The position numbers and the translations under genes are program-made. The notes beneath the pieces were generated by a model that was not told the origin of the DNA, searched no databases, and saw only the letters and a program-made list of their open reading frames with translations. 64,000 nucleotides of DNA, taken from the IMG/VR virus record IMGVR_UViG_3300008119_000003, positions 1-64,000 of that record. One strand, given 5' to 3'. Positions 1-12,900 of the stretch are shown here, one piece after another (positions within the stretch are counted from its first letter, which is position 1; each line of letters begins with the position of its first letter). The DNA comes from a virus.

Positions 1-1
1 A

Positions 2-3000
2 AGTGGTCAAGGAGCTGAAACATTCTTATCAGGTTTCTTAATGGGAGGTTTGGTACAAGGGCCACAATCCCTTCTTACTCAAGCTGCTCCCCAATTAGGT
101 AAAGATCTTTATAACAAATATAAAAATCCTCAAGAATATTCTAAACAGAAAGAGGAAAGAGCGGCAGAAAGAGCTAAGATTACAAATTTCATGAACGTTC
201 TTGCTTCTGATCCCAATAAAGTATTCGATTCAATAAGCGCTAATATTAAAGCGCAAAAAGACTTTTCAGAAATAATGGATCGTGCTGAAGAAAATGGAGA
301 TAAAAAAGAACATGGTGATGCTGTACAAGATTCAATATTTACTAACGTACAAACTCTTTTAGATAAAGGTTATATTGATTTATTTACAAATCAGATTGAA
401 GATTATCAAAAATTAAATGACAATGAGCTAGCTGAAGCATTTGGCTATACTACTCAGTCAGGTGCTAAAGATGAATTTAATAAAGATCTAAGAGGTAGAC
501 TAGATTCTATCTTAAAGAAAACAAATGATATTAAGGCTCGTCACGAAAAGTATTCTAGTATTAAAAATCCATTTGCCTATGATTCAGATGACTTTGTAGA
601 AAGACTGGATTACTTTGGATTTGAAGAAGCTAGAAAACAAGCTATATATAATGAGTATACATACGACAGAGCGCAAAGTCGTATGGCATCCTTGCTGGAA
701 GCTGTAGCTGCTGACCCTGTTTTAGCAAAAGCTAAAGCTGGAAGAATAACAAGTATTTTTAACGAGTTTCAATTAGATGCAGAACTTGAAACATTAAAGG
801 ATGAGATTAAAATCTACGCCGAAGGTGATGCTAAACAAAAAGAAATCTCAGCTAAAAAACAAAGACAATACGACTCTTTATTAAAAATAAAGAATAGTAT
901 GAGCAATCACGGTATTGAGGTAGAGCGTGCTCGCAAAGCTGCGGTCAGCCCTGAGAAAACCGATGAAATTAAAAAGGATGTCATTACAAATGAAAGTATT
1001 GGCGTAGGCTCAACAGTTAGTTACCAACCTAGATCTGGATTACCTATTTCTGGTAAAGTAATTAAAAAGACAAATACCAAAGTAACTATTCAATACACTG
1101 ATAAGAACGGCGAGGTAAAAACTAAAGTTGTTAGTATCAATGCTAAAAGCTTAAAGGGAATTGGAACTAGTGGTCAGCAGTTAGAAATAGACTTTGATGG
1201 ATCAGATCCTGCATCTCGTAATGTAGATTACTTTAAGAAAGAACTTAAAGCTGATTTAGAAGAATACTTAAAAGTATTAGCTGAGAATTCAGAAGATGGA
1301 GGACAGCCTATTCTGTCTACAGATATAGATAGAATATTTTCTTATCTAGAGGACTATCTAGAATTAGGAGTAGATGCTAGAGCAGCAAGTATGAACGTTA
1401 ACTTACTTAACGATCCTATGTACTTCTCTGAGGCAGCTAAAAAATTCAGTGCTGCTGCTAAAGCCGCTCAAGAAATTGCGGCTAAGAAACTACAAGAAGC
1501 TTGGGATGTATACGAAGCTCGTATGCAAACTAATCAATTACTTCGCGATATCTACGAAAAATTCAATGTCTTCTTCATGCCGGAAGAGATTGATAAATTA
1601 ATTAAAGGAGAAAGTATACCATCTGTATTTATTGACGCTGGTACTAAGAAACCAATAGAAACAAATAGCCTTAAGTATAAAGAGATATTAGAATTCTTAG
1701 AACTATTTGAGGAGGCTAACGGGTTTACTTTAGCAGGTAAAGAAATATCTGAAGAAGGTGCTGAGTCTTTCCAAAGACCATATGACTTTACAGAAAAGGA
1801 TGATACTAGAACATATAAAGACTTTGTAAAAGCTTTAGGATTAGATCCTAAACTTAAGAGTCAGATGGTTTCTACAAAAGATTTACTGAATTATATAATC
1901 AAAAATAAGTTTAGTAAACCGGGAGCTAAAGCTTTAGCTAGAAGATTAATGACTACCGTCAAAGATTCTGATCAGATAGAAATTAGTTCTACCTCTTCTC
2001 AAGCATTTACTTACTCTAAAACTGCAGGTATTACTATAGATTTAAGATACTCTTCAAAAGACTACGGTCAAATGCAAGTTTCTTTAGAATACTCTGTCCT
2101 AAATCCAATGCTTCAGAAGATTGTAGAAGAAGGATTGCTTGACGATAAGTTTACTAAGGCTACCACAAATCTTATGGATGCCGTAAGAGAATACTACGAA
2201 GCAAATAGAGATTCTATAAAAGATCCGAATCTAAATGCAATGTTTAAATTCATGCTTTCTAGTCCACAGGCATTCTTATCCGAGGCTTTGACTAATACTG
2301 TTGCTCAAACAGAACTAGAAGCTATACCGTATAAGAATACAAATAAGAATCTATGGGAGGAAGTATTAGATGCATTTAGAGAGTTCTTAGCTAAACTCTT
2401 AGGGTTCTCTCAAAGTTCTAGTAATACAGCTTTGACTGAGGCAATAGGTATTATATCTAATAAAGTAGAAAACAGACCTATTATAGGAAGCACTGAAGAT
2501 ACAGGTATTACTCCAACTGATACAAGCGCTGCAGCAATTACTGTAGATACACCGTTTAATGATATGCCAAGAGATCTGCAGACTATGTTACGTGCAGAAC
2601 TTAAAATCTTTAACCAGGAACAAATATCTAATAACAAACCTATTATTCCTGATTCAGAAATTACCCGATTCATTAAACAAAACGATAGAGCTAAAAAACT
2701 TATTGATAACTACAATAAACGAAACGGTCTTACAGGCACACCTACTAGTACACCTGCAACAGAGCCTACAGCTTTCACAGTTACCGTAGATGGTTACAAC
2801 ATCAATACTTACGAAGATGGAAATATCGATGTAACTAAAGATGGAGAAGTAATAGCAGTTGGACTAGCTAACGAAGCTGAGGCAATGGCTGCTATCGAAC
2901 AGCATAAGAAAGAACAAAGACCTGTATTTAAAATTAAACAGAAATTCAAAGGTCTACTTATATACACAACTCTTGCTAGTAGTGTAGATGATCTAGATAG

Positions 3001-3970
3001 CATTAAGGAAGGAGTCATCAATGGGGAAACTTTATTAGCTGAGGCTTTAGCTGATAATGGACAAAGCATTGAAGGTACTACTATAGATGCAGTAATGTAT
3101 AAGCTTTTTGTAAAAGACAAAGCTCTTGCAGAAAAAGTATACGATGATGCGTTAGCTAAAATGGAGGCTGCGGTTAATGCCGGAGATACTGTAGTAACAA
3201 CTATAGGACGATTTGCTCAGAAGGCTGATATGGTACTTATCCACACTAACGATAACGTAATTGTTGATAAAGCTGGTAAAGATGCTGTATCTAGAGTTAG
3301 AGCTTACGAAAGCGCAGCTAAGAAAACAAAGGTTAAAAGCAATATCCAGATCTTAGAGATTGACTCTCCTATTATAGACGTACTTACAGGAAAAGCTAAG
3401 GCTACATCTCTTAAAGAGAAGTACAAAGGCAAGGTAAAAGAAAGTATCGAGAATGCTAAATCTATGGAGGAGCTTGATGATATTAACAGAGAAACAACTT
3501 CTTTAATTCTTGAAGATGAGAACCTTACAGCTGAAGAGTTTAAGGAACTTATGAATAAAAAAATGCAGGAATTATCATCAAAAATTCCTACCTTTGAAGA
3601 AGTAGAGAAGAACGATTTAGTAGTAATGAAAGATAGAAAACAGTACGGTCGAAGCGGCATTGTACAAGTTCTTGGAAAGAATACTACTAACGGCACGGTT
3701 AAAGTAAAACGACTTAATTCAAATGAAGCTATGACTTTATCAAAGGAAGAATTCGAAAATGGTGCCGAGTACATGTATCGCGCAGGTACTGAGAAACTTG
3801 AACAAACTGTTACAATAACTGCTGACGAAAAACAAAACTCCAACTCTAATATGGAAAGCGCAGGAGACATTAATAATGTTGACGCTATCAGAGAAGATAT
3901 GGAAAAGGCGAAGAACTCTTCTGCCGAAGATATAGATGATGAATTTACTAACTCATTTGGCTGCGAATAA
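2..3970 (+). CDS. Giant virion cargo/ejection protein 1 (crAss-like), 5'-truncated by the window; contains degenerate zincin-like and SH3/KOW-like modules
   Basis: The frame is open from base 2 (first ATG at 41). It lies directly upstream of the virion RNAP with a TAATG overlap, is helical and Cys-poor, and has a Gly-rich hydrophobic stretch at the window edge. Confidence 0.7.
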   Translation, partial: SGQGAETFLSGFLMGGLVQGPQSLLTQAAPQLGKDLYNKYKNPQEYSKQKEERAAERAKITNFMNVLASDPNKVFDSISANIKAQKDFSEIMDRAEENGDKKEHGDAVQDSIFTNVQTLLDKGYIDLFTNQIEDYQKLNDNELAEAFGYTTQSGAKDEFNKDLRGRLDSILKKTNDIKARHEKYSSIKNPFAYDSDDFVERLDYFGFEEARKQAIYNEYTYDRAQSRMASLLEAVAADPVLAKAKAGRITSIFNEFQLDAELETLKDEIKIYAEGDAKQKEISAKKQRQYDSLLKIKNSMSNHGIEVERARKAAVSPEKTDEIKKDVITNESIGVGSTVSYQPRSGLPISGKVIKKTNTKVTIQYTDKNGEVKTKVVSINAKSLKGIGTSGQQLEIDFDGSDPASRNVDYFKKELKADLEEYLKVLAENSEDGGQPILSTDIDRIFSYLEDYLELGVDARAASMNVNLLNDPMYFSEAAKKFSAAAKAAQEIAAKKLQEAWDVYEARMQTNQLLRDIYEKFNVFFMPEEIDKLIKGESIPSVFIDAGTKKPIETNSLKYKEILEFLELFEEANGFTLAGKEISEEGAESFQRPYDFTEKDDTRTYKDFVKALGLDPKLKSQMVSTKDLLNYIIKNKFSKPGAKALARRLMTTVKDSDQIEISSTSSQAFTYSKTAGITIDLRYSSKDYGQMQVSLEYSVLNPMLQKIVEEGLLDDKFTKATTNLMDAVREYYEANRDSIKDPNLNAMFKFMLSSPQAFLSEALTNTVAQTELEAIPYKNTNKNLWEEVLDAFREFLAKLLGFSQSSSNTALTEAIGIISNKVENRPIIGSTEDTGITPTDTSAAAITVDTPFNDMPRDLQTMLRAELKIFNQEQISNNKPIIPDSEITRFIKQNDRAKKLIDNYNKRNGLTGTPTSTPATEPTAFTVTVDGYNINTYEDGNIDVTKDGEVIAVGLANEAEAMAAIEQHKKEQRPVFKIKQKFKGLLIYTTLASSVDDLDSIKEGVINGETLLAEALADNGQSIEGTTIDAVMYKLFVKDKALAEKVYDDALAKMEAAVNAGDTVVTTIGRFAQKADMVLIHTNDNVIVDKAGKDAVSRVRAYESAAKKTKVKSNIQILEIDSPIIDVLTGKAKATSLKEKYKGKVKESIENAKSMEELDDINRETTSLILEDENLTAEEFKELMNKKMQELSSKIPTFEEVEKNDLVVMKDRKQYGRSGIVQVLGKNTTNGTVKVKRLNSNEAMTLSKEEFENGAEYMYRAGTEKLEQTVTITADEKQNSNSNMESAGDINNVDAIREDMEKAKNSSAEDIDDEFTNSFGCE

Positions 3971-6900
3971 TGATTAACTGTACCCTAAGTAACAAACAAT
4001 TAAGGATCCTTCGTACTAAAATTGCGAAGGATCTTTTGACTTATGTAGATAACAACGAAAACTTTGATCTTAAAGATTATCTATCTAAAATCTACAATCA
4101 AGTTAACGATGCTACAAAGAACCAGAACTTAGCTTTGGACTATGCTAGAGTATCTCTTCCTTTTATCAAACAGCTTTTAGGAGTAGACAATACTCTTGAG
4201 AACTTACCTGAGCAAGGATTAAATATTGCTGAGCTGTACAAAACAACTAGATTAGCTGGAGACGATAAGAATGGTTTTCAAGTCGTAGTAGACTACTTAG
4301 GTGTTACTATTAATCCCGCTAAGAATCTTGGTGAGGTAAAAAAAGATCTTGAAAAAGAAGAAGATCAAGAAAAAGCAGCTAAGAAAAATGTCGATAATCG
4401 CGTAGTTCCTACTATCTATAAAGAGACAAGAAAGCCTTATGATCCTGTATCAACTAGTATGCAGGAAGTTTTATCTGGTAAACCGGAATCGGTAAGAGAT
4501 CCTAGAATGAAAATATACAGTGACATTACCAAAATGATACTGGATAAAATTCCACTTGGTGGAGCAAAGGACTTTGAAGGAATTGAATATCCAGGAGTAA
4601 ACGGGGGGATCTTTGTTAAGATGATGCGATACAATAGAATCGCAGTTAATGATACCTTTCCTCATGTAAAAGAGGTTATCGAATCAGGTGTAGACCAAGA
4701 CTATATAATTGAAGACTATAACTTTGCTTTTGTTTATGTACTAACCGATAAAGACGGCAATGAACTTCGCTTTAACGATAAGGGAGAAGTTACCAAAAGT
4801 GGAACTTTAGTTTATTACAATACTCGATTTCTACCAAAGAGAGGATCGAATAAGTTATTTGATGTAGACAATGTTACTAATACCCAAAAACCTATAGAGG
4901 TTGCTAAAAATTTAGGTATTTCTATTGAGGAAGCAACAGAATTTTTAAGAAGTGGCTTCGAGGAATTAGCAAAGGCTTACGATTATATTAGATTAAAAGA
5001 TGGTAATAGTATAATGTATTCTATTACCGGCGGAAGCAAAGGTGCTATTGTGGATAATAACCGCAAGATGGTTCCGTTTCAAACTAGAATTTTTAGAAAC
5101 GAGCCCCTAAGCTTTGCCTTTTATGCTAAAGACAAACTAAAACCTGGAGATTTCTCAGGGGTATATGTAACCGGTGCACAATCTAACTACCCGGTATTAA
5201 TAGCTCCTAGAAGTATATCTGATTCGCTTGCAACAGACTTGGTAGAAATGTTAACGAAATCCGTTAATAAATCTGATGGTCAGCCGCTAAGTAATAAAGA
5301 GAAAGTTGACATACTTTCTACATACATACTTAACTCTGTTAAAGATATACAGTATGGTGTAGATAAAAGCAATGGGGCAATATACATAAAGCTAGAGGGA
5401 CAACCTTTAAAGCTTTCATCGCCAGAAGCAGCTGATACATTAAAGAACGTTTTCCTAAAACAACCTAGTGGATTTGATAGAAAAAACATTATAGCATTAC
5501 CGCTAGCTAATAGCAACAAAAATGTTACAGTCTTTTCTAGAAATCCTAATGGTACATTTAGCACAGAGTCTGTTCCGTACATGACGTACTTGGAGCAGAA
5601 TATGGACATGAACGTAGAGTTAGACGAAGACGGACTACTTAAACGTTATAACCCATACTTTAATCTTATGATTAACCTTGACAGTATGGGCAAGGTATTA
5701 TTAGATAATGGTAATGTAGACGAAAAAGAAGAGACTAATAATGAAAAGGTAGCTAGACTTAGAGCGGAGGAACAAATAGAAATTCTTAAGAAAATACCTA
5801 ACATAGATAGTTATAAAGTAAAAGGTAAGATTGATAGCAATCTTATGCCTGAAGATATTAAAAAAATATATCAGGAAATTTATGATAGATATGATGCTGT
5901 TATCACGCCTATACTAAGAGATCAGATAGAACTTGAGATAATGGAAACTCTTTCTAAGGTTCAAGATGTAGCAGCATTTACCGGGGCTAGAGATCTAACT
6001 CCAAAGGAACAAACCGAACAAGATAGAATTATAGCAGAGATTACAAAGAAGTATTTAGGAAGTTCTAAAAAAATAGCTAAGCCCGTAACTAATACTACAG
6101 AAAACAAACCAGAAGAGTTTGTTAATCATTCTGGAGGAGCATATGGCGGAGATACTCTTTGGGATATTATAGGAAGAAGATTTGGTGTAGTAGAACACAG
6201 ACATTATAGAGAAGCAAGTAATAGGAATCTATCTAAAAAACTTAGAGACTTTGGTGTATCAGCAACTGTCCTTACAAAGGAACAGATGGATACAGCCAGA
6301 CAAGAGATAAAAGACTTAATTAATAAAGATTACCCAGATACCGTAGAAGGAAACTTACAGGTAAGAAACTACTACCAAGTTGCTAATGCGGATTCTGTAT
6401 TTGCAGTTGCTCCAATTCTTAGAGTACATAAGGATACAAGAGGAACAGTAGTTAAAAAAATAAAGGCTGTAACGGGAGGAACGAATACAGCCGTGCAATT
6501 AGCTATAGCATTAAACAAACCTGTTTACATTTGGGATGCTGGTAGCAAAAGTTATGAAGGCACAGGAAGATGGTATACTTATGATTATTCTGTAGAACAA
6601 TTTGTGCCAACAGATACACCTACTCTTACTAAAAACTTTGCCGGCGTAGGTACAAGAGATGTCGAAGACTATGACGTTAAAGATAGATTTGATCAATGGG
6701 GACCAAGATTTCAGTATGTAGGAAAAGACATAGAGCTTGAGGCAATACAAGCAATTACCGATGTATATGAAAAAACTTTTGGTAGCAAACCCGAAGTAGA
6801 TCCATTTGTAAAAGCGGATGCTTTACCACCTATCGAACAAAATTTTGAAGATGGTGAGGGCGGTAGAACTATGCAGCCTCAGTTTAAAGGTAAGTCTGCA

Positions 6901-9900
6901 ATGGACTTAATTATATCTGGAGATAGAACTAGAACTACTAGAGCAAATACAGATATTACAAGAATGCTCAAAGACTATAATCTACCAAGTATTACTGCTC
7001 TTAAGGGTATGATTGTTAGAATGGTCGACAGAAACGGTAGACAAGTATATGCAAGAATAACAGACGTCTCTAGATTTAATAAAACATACCAGCTTGACAC
7101 GTGGCAGAAGGAGGGATGGGACGAGGCTACAACAGATAAGCTTTTAGGTAAGTACCCATACGCTATAGAATTTGAGGTAGTTAAAGATCCTGGTCAAAAA
7201 ACTGCTACAGAAGTTAAAACTGTATCGGAAGACTATGGTGTTGTACAAGCTGAAACTAATCCTACGGAAAGCGAAAAGCAAGCAGACATTGATTTAATTA
7301 AGCCACATATACAAAGACAGGCCTTTAAAGAAAATGTAGGTAAGTATGCTAATGAAATGTTCCATTACTCTTTAAGATGGGGTAGAAAAAACTATAACTT
7401 CTTTGTATTAAAAGATGGAAAGTATGTTAAATCTACAATAGCTGACGAGGGATCTCAACTATATTCTAAAGATAGAAATGGTAATTACGTTAAATCAAAT
7501 AGAAAAGATAAGGCTGCTTATAACAACGGATTAATTAATCCATTAGATATTGATTCTTTTGCAGGAAAAGGAGATATGTATGGCTATGATCTAGTAGATC
7601 AGAACGGAGATCCTCTTCCATCGATTTCAGAATTACAACCGATTATAGATAAAATTGAATCTGCTCTCGGTATAAGCATGAGAAATTACGACTCTGTCAT
7701 AGGTAATATTTATTTACCTGGAGAGTATGTATATCCACATAAGGATACTTCTGAAAGTAAATCAGCAAGAAAGTATCCTGTTATTGTATACAGTATTGGT
7801 AACGATGCTGGATTAGGTATAGTGGATAATAACGAAGGTAAGATGACTTTTGCTAACGAGTATGATGCAAAATGGTTACCAGCTGGTGAAAAATTAAAAG
7901 GTTATACAAATGAGGTATTAACAAAGCACGGTAGTATCTATACTTTCGGTATGGGCGGTAAGGGTAGATTTGAATTAACTCATAGTACGCCGATTAATTC
8001 TAAGAAAGATACTCCTCAATCTCCGATAACATTACCAAACGGAAAAGTAGTAACTAACTATACTATTACTCTTACTTTTAGAAGAGCTGCAGACCTAGCA
8101 GAAGGTATGGCAGATTCTCCTACAACGTCTGATAAAGTTAGCGCAGTAGAAAAGAAAGCTGCAGAAGTTGTACAGAAAGTAGAACCGCAACAGATATTCC
8201 GTAGAGGAAGATCAAGTGCAGATAGTAATATATTAGATAACTTGATGAACGATGACGACTTCATCGATAAAAACGGTAAGAACAAATTAGGTATTCAAGG
8301 TAATATTAAAGCAACTAGAGAACAGATTGCTTTAGCTAAAACCTGGTACGAGAATAGCCCGCTTAGCAAACACATACCATTTAAGGTAATGTTCAATGCT
8401 ATCAATACTGCTACTAAAAACGGTATTGCTCGTTGGGATGTAAACGGTATTACACTGTTTAAAGGATCGGATTACTCTGATCTATACCACGAAGCATGGC
8501 ACGGCTTTACACAGATGTTCTTGACTAAAGAAGAAAGAGATAAACTATATAACGAAGCACGATTAAACAAAGGATCGTTTGTAGCATTTGACGGAAGTAC
8601 TGTAACATTTGGAGCAGCTACTGATGAACAAATAGAAGAATACTTGGCGGAGGACTTCCGCGAGTATATGCTTGGTAAAGGAAAGAAAGTATTAGACAAG
8701 ACCCCGGTTAAGAAGAACATCTTCCAAAAGATATTTGAATTCTTAAAGGCATTGTTCGGTAAGACTAATGCTGATGACGTTATTACTAATGGTAACAATA
8801 ACAGCTATACCAACGAGCTATACGAGAAACTAAGAGTAGGAGATCTAAACCAGTTTACATTTAACCAGGCTAATAGAGTATTTACTACTTTGAATAAGGT
8901 AGTAACTACAACTACTCCTAAAGATAATACTACCCCAGCTAAACTAGGATACGAAGCCTCAGCATTAATTGGATCTACAGTAGATGCATTATTTGTTGAA
9001 GCTATCGCTAAGTTAAATGGCGGTAAGACACACGTATTTACTACAGCGGCTATACGTACAGTAAAAGGACGTACCACAGTATATAAGTACGTATTACAAG
9101 AACTAACTAAGCAGTTAGAGAACGTGTATCTAGACAAACTCGACATGGAGGCTAAAGGACTAGATACACAAGATATAAACTATGAACTAGATACTCTATC
9201 CTATGCGGTAAAACACTTCGGTAAGCCCGATGAGGTTCTTAAACCAACAGGGGTAATGAAGTACCACATGGAGACTAGTAAGTTTATGGAGTTTGACGAT
9301 CGACAAATAGTAGAGCTGAATAAGATCGATGATAGTAAACTAACTATCAAGAACGAGTTCGAATCTAAATCGGGTAACGAAATGTCGGGTAAAGAGAAAG
9401 CCTCTCCTATCCTTCTATATACTATCCGTGGTTTATATGCTTACGATACTGACGGTAGCGTCAAGACTAACAGATTAGGTTTCCCTAAACTGATGGACCC
9501 TAATGCTGCATGGAACCGTATATATAATATTACAGACGGAGCTAGAAACATCCAAGATGTTTATAACAGATTGTCTGAGGCAGCGGTAGACTACCCTGCT
9601 ATTGCGCAATTCCTTGAGAAGGTAGGACCTCCTACTAATATGGAGACTAGCTCTCAACAGTTATGGACAGATATTACAAATGTCCTTACTATGAAGCGTA
9701 TCCCTCTTATGGCAGTACGCACTACTTTCTCTTCAGAGTTCGTAGAAGCTGTAGATCCTGAGACCGGAGAAGTTTTAATGGAGGGTAACAAACCTATCAA
9801 AGAAACAGTAACTACGTTTAAGGTTACTCCTACAAGAGCAGGTGGTGAATACAGCAAGGTTGGTGCTAAATGGGATAACTACTTTGCAGTAGCCGCACCT

Positions 9901-12900
9901 AATCAATATATTACTGTAGGCGCAGATAATGTTAATACATTAAATATCCAGGCTGTTGCGGAAAACTTTGACCGTACTTTATCTATAAACAAGTTAGATA
10001 CTGTATTTGAATTTATGGAAGCTATAGGTATGCCGTTGGAGAATAACTCTACCGTACGTAAAGCTTTAGCAAATAAAAATAACCCGACATTCAAAGCTAT
10101 ATACGATTTACATACGACTATATTATACGGTATCTATCCTTATAATAATATGTATGCCGGAGCAAATCCGATTGTAATAAAAAAGCCTAGCGACTTAGTT
10201 AAGGAATACAAGGTTAACATAGATGACTTTAAGGTAGCTAATAAGCTTAGCGGTATCTCAATTAAGTATAATACTATACAGAACTTCCACCTTACTTGGT
10301 CTGATGACTTCTCTGATACTACTGTATCTAACGCTGAGGGAGAAAACCAATACGAGAAGTCTCTACGCGGTACGTTAATGAACCAGATAGATAGTATTAA
10401 TACTGCTGATACTATAACCGAACTTACACAAGAAGGCGTTAGTAATGCGGAAGACTTAAGTATGAATCATCTTGCTAAGTCACGTAATCCTTTTATGAAG
10501 ACTTCAAAGTTCATGAGAAGATTATTTGACGAGAACGGAAAGAAGATTGTATACGAATCAGCATGGGGAGATAGAGTAAGATCTCAGATCGAGCTTCTAA
10601 ACATGTCTGGTACTTCTGTAGAAATAACTAACGTTAGAGGCCTTATAAATGAAAGTGGTATTGCCTCAGCTAATGCTGATGAGACTACTAAGATCTTACA
10701 AGACTTTTACATGATGATGTTATACGGCGTATCAGAAGCTACACGTCATGCTGATAAGTCTACTACATACTTATTTAGATTAGTTGCTACTGATCCAAAA
10801 GATGAAAAAGGTAAAGTACTAAAGCACTTAATTGACCTTTCATCATTTACACAGAGATCAAATCCTGATGCGCCGTCTGCAGGTAGAATAGAATTTACCA
10901 AAGATCTAGTTAAACATTTATGTGCTGAGTACGAACGTATTCAGAAACTTAAAGACGGAGATCCTGCAGGAGTAGCTGTAGTAGGTGATAAAACTTATGC
11001 CGAGAAAGGATCAGAGTTTGTAATCTTTGACAAGATACTAGATACTGATACTAAGACTAAGATAAAGAAAGCTAGAACATCATCTTTATCAGAACCTGTT
11101 CTTACCGCAGAAGACCTTTACAAATATCTTAATGATCCTAAAAGGGTAGATCTAAAAAATTCTATTGAGCAACAAATAGGAACTTACCTAACAAGCCAAG
11201 TAAAAGAATTTGAGGAGTCGTTAACTGAAATGGGATTCTATAACAATCCGCAGTTATATAGTCAAGTTTTAAATAAGATGGGAGTTAGAAACCCAGAAAG
11301 TATTACAGAAGAACGTAGAAGCCAGTTATTAAAAGACATGGCTGAGGCTTATGTAGCAAATGCTTGGTCACAAAATCTTGAAGTTACTTTATTATTTTAC
11401 GGAGACCCTGCATTATATCCTGGCGAAGCTGACTTCTTTAAACGTAATGCTGGTCTAGGTGCTACAGGAACAATTCCTCGTACTGATATTTACATGCAAC
11501 AGTATGTAAATGCTAAACTTGCAGCTAATAGCGAAGCAGCAAGACTTGGATTTAAACCGAAGAAGTTTGGTAAGACTATGACGTCTGCTGTAATGGAAGA
11601 TGCTAAAACTCAATCGGTATATTACGATGAGTATTTAAAAGAGGCAATAGAGTTTGAGACAGAGCGTCTTACAAAACTTAAGGCTTCAGAAGAGCAGATC
11701 GAAAAAACTGTAAAAGCTATAACAAAACGATTTGGCGAGTATAAGAAAATGACAGAGGGCGATGGTCAAGGTTGGATAAACTTTGATGCATACCGTGCAT
11801 TACTTATGTCACTAAACAAATGGACTAATACACAAGAATCCATTTATAATAAAATTGTTAATAGAGAAGAAGTTACTGAAGATATTCTTCAATTCTTCCC
11901 TGTTAAAAAGATGCAGTACTGGGGACCTCTTAAGACAGATGGTCTTCCTGTGTACGGTTTCCACAAGTTCTCTTTGATGCCTCTTATTCCTAACATTATT
12001 CAAGGTAAGAACTTGCAGAGTCTTCAGTCAAAAATGTTAGAGCAGGGAATCGACTATGCTTTATTAAAGTCTGGTTCTAAGATTAACACTCTTACTAAAG
12101 ACGGTGCTGTTGACAAGTTCTATAAGAATTCTAAGAGTAATACCGATAAGACCTTAGCAATCGAAGAAGAGGGCTTTGAGTTTACTCCTAACGAAATCTT
12201 TATGGATTACTTTAAAGATCAGTTAGAGGTACACGATCACTTTAATAACAAAGTTACTTTCTCTACTCAGCTTCGTAAACTTATCGAAGACGGTTTAATG
12301 GAGAACGGGGTTCCGACAGACTGGAAACCTTTTGACTTCTCGGATCCTTGGCAAAGAATACAAGCTTGGGAAGCGGCTTCAGATAGTGAGAAGATGTCAT
12401 CTAAAAACTACAAGAAGTTAATAAGATATGAGGCTAACCTTGAGGCATTAGTTCAACTTAAGAAAGATAAACTTGTAAAAGAGATTGGTTCTGATATGAA
12501 GAGCCTTCTTGATTTTGTTAAAAAAGAACTTACAAGACAAGAGTTATCAGATCATGAGATTAACTTTATAGACTACGACGGTATTACCAAAGAGCCTAAA
12601 CAAAGTTTAGACTTATCATTGTCTGCAGATAAAATAGAAAAGCTTTTAGTTTCTGTTGTACAGAAGCGCTTGATTAACCAGAAGATTACTGGAGAAACAT
12701 TAGTACAAGTATCTGGTGTAGGATTTGAAAACGCTAATAACAATATGCGTAATGCTACCGAAGAGGAAATTAAAAAGTATGGTACAAATGCAGGTTTACC
12801 TTTCTATCGTAAGAAGCCTGATGGATCTACCTCAGCAATGAAAGTTAAGATTGCACTTCAAGGCGGATTCAAAAAGTTATTGTACCATCCTGATGTAACA

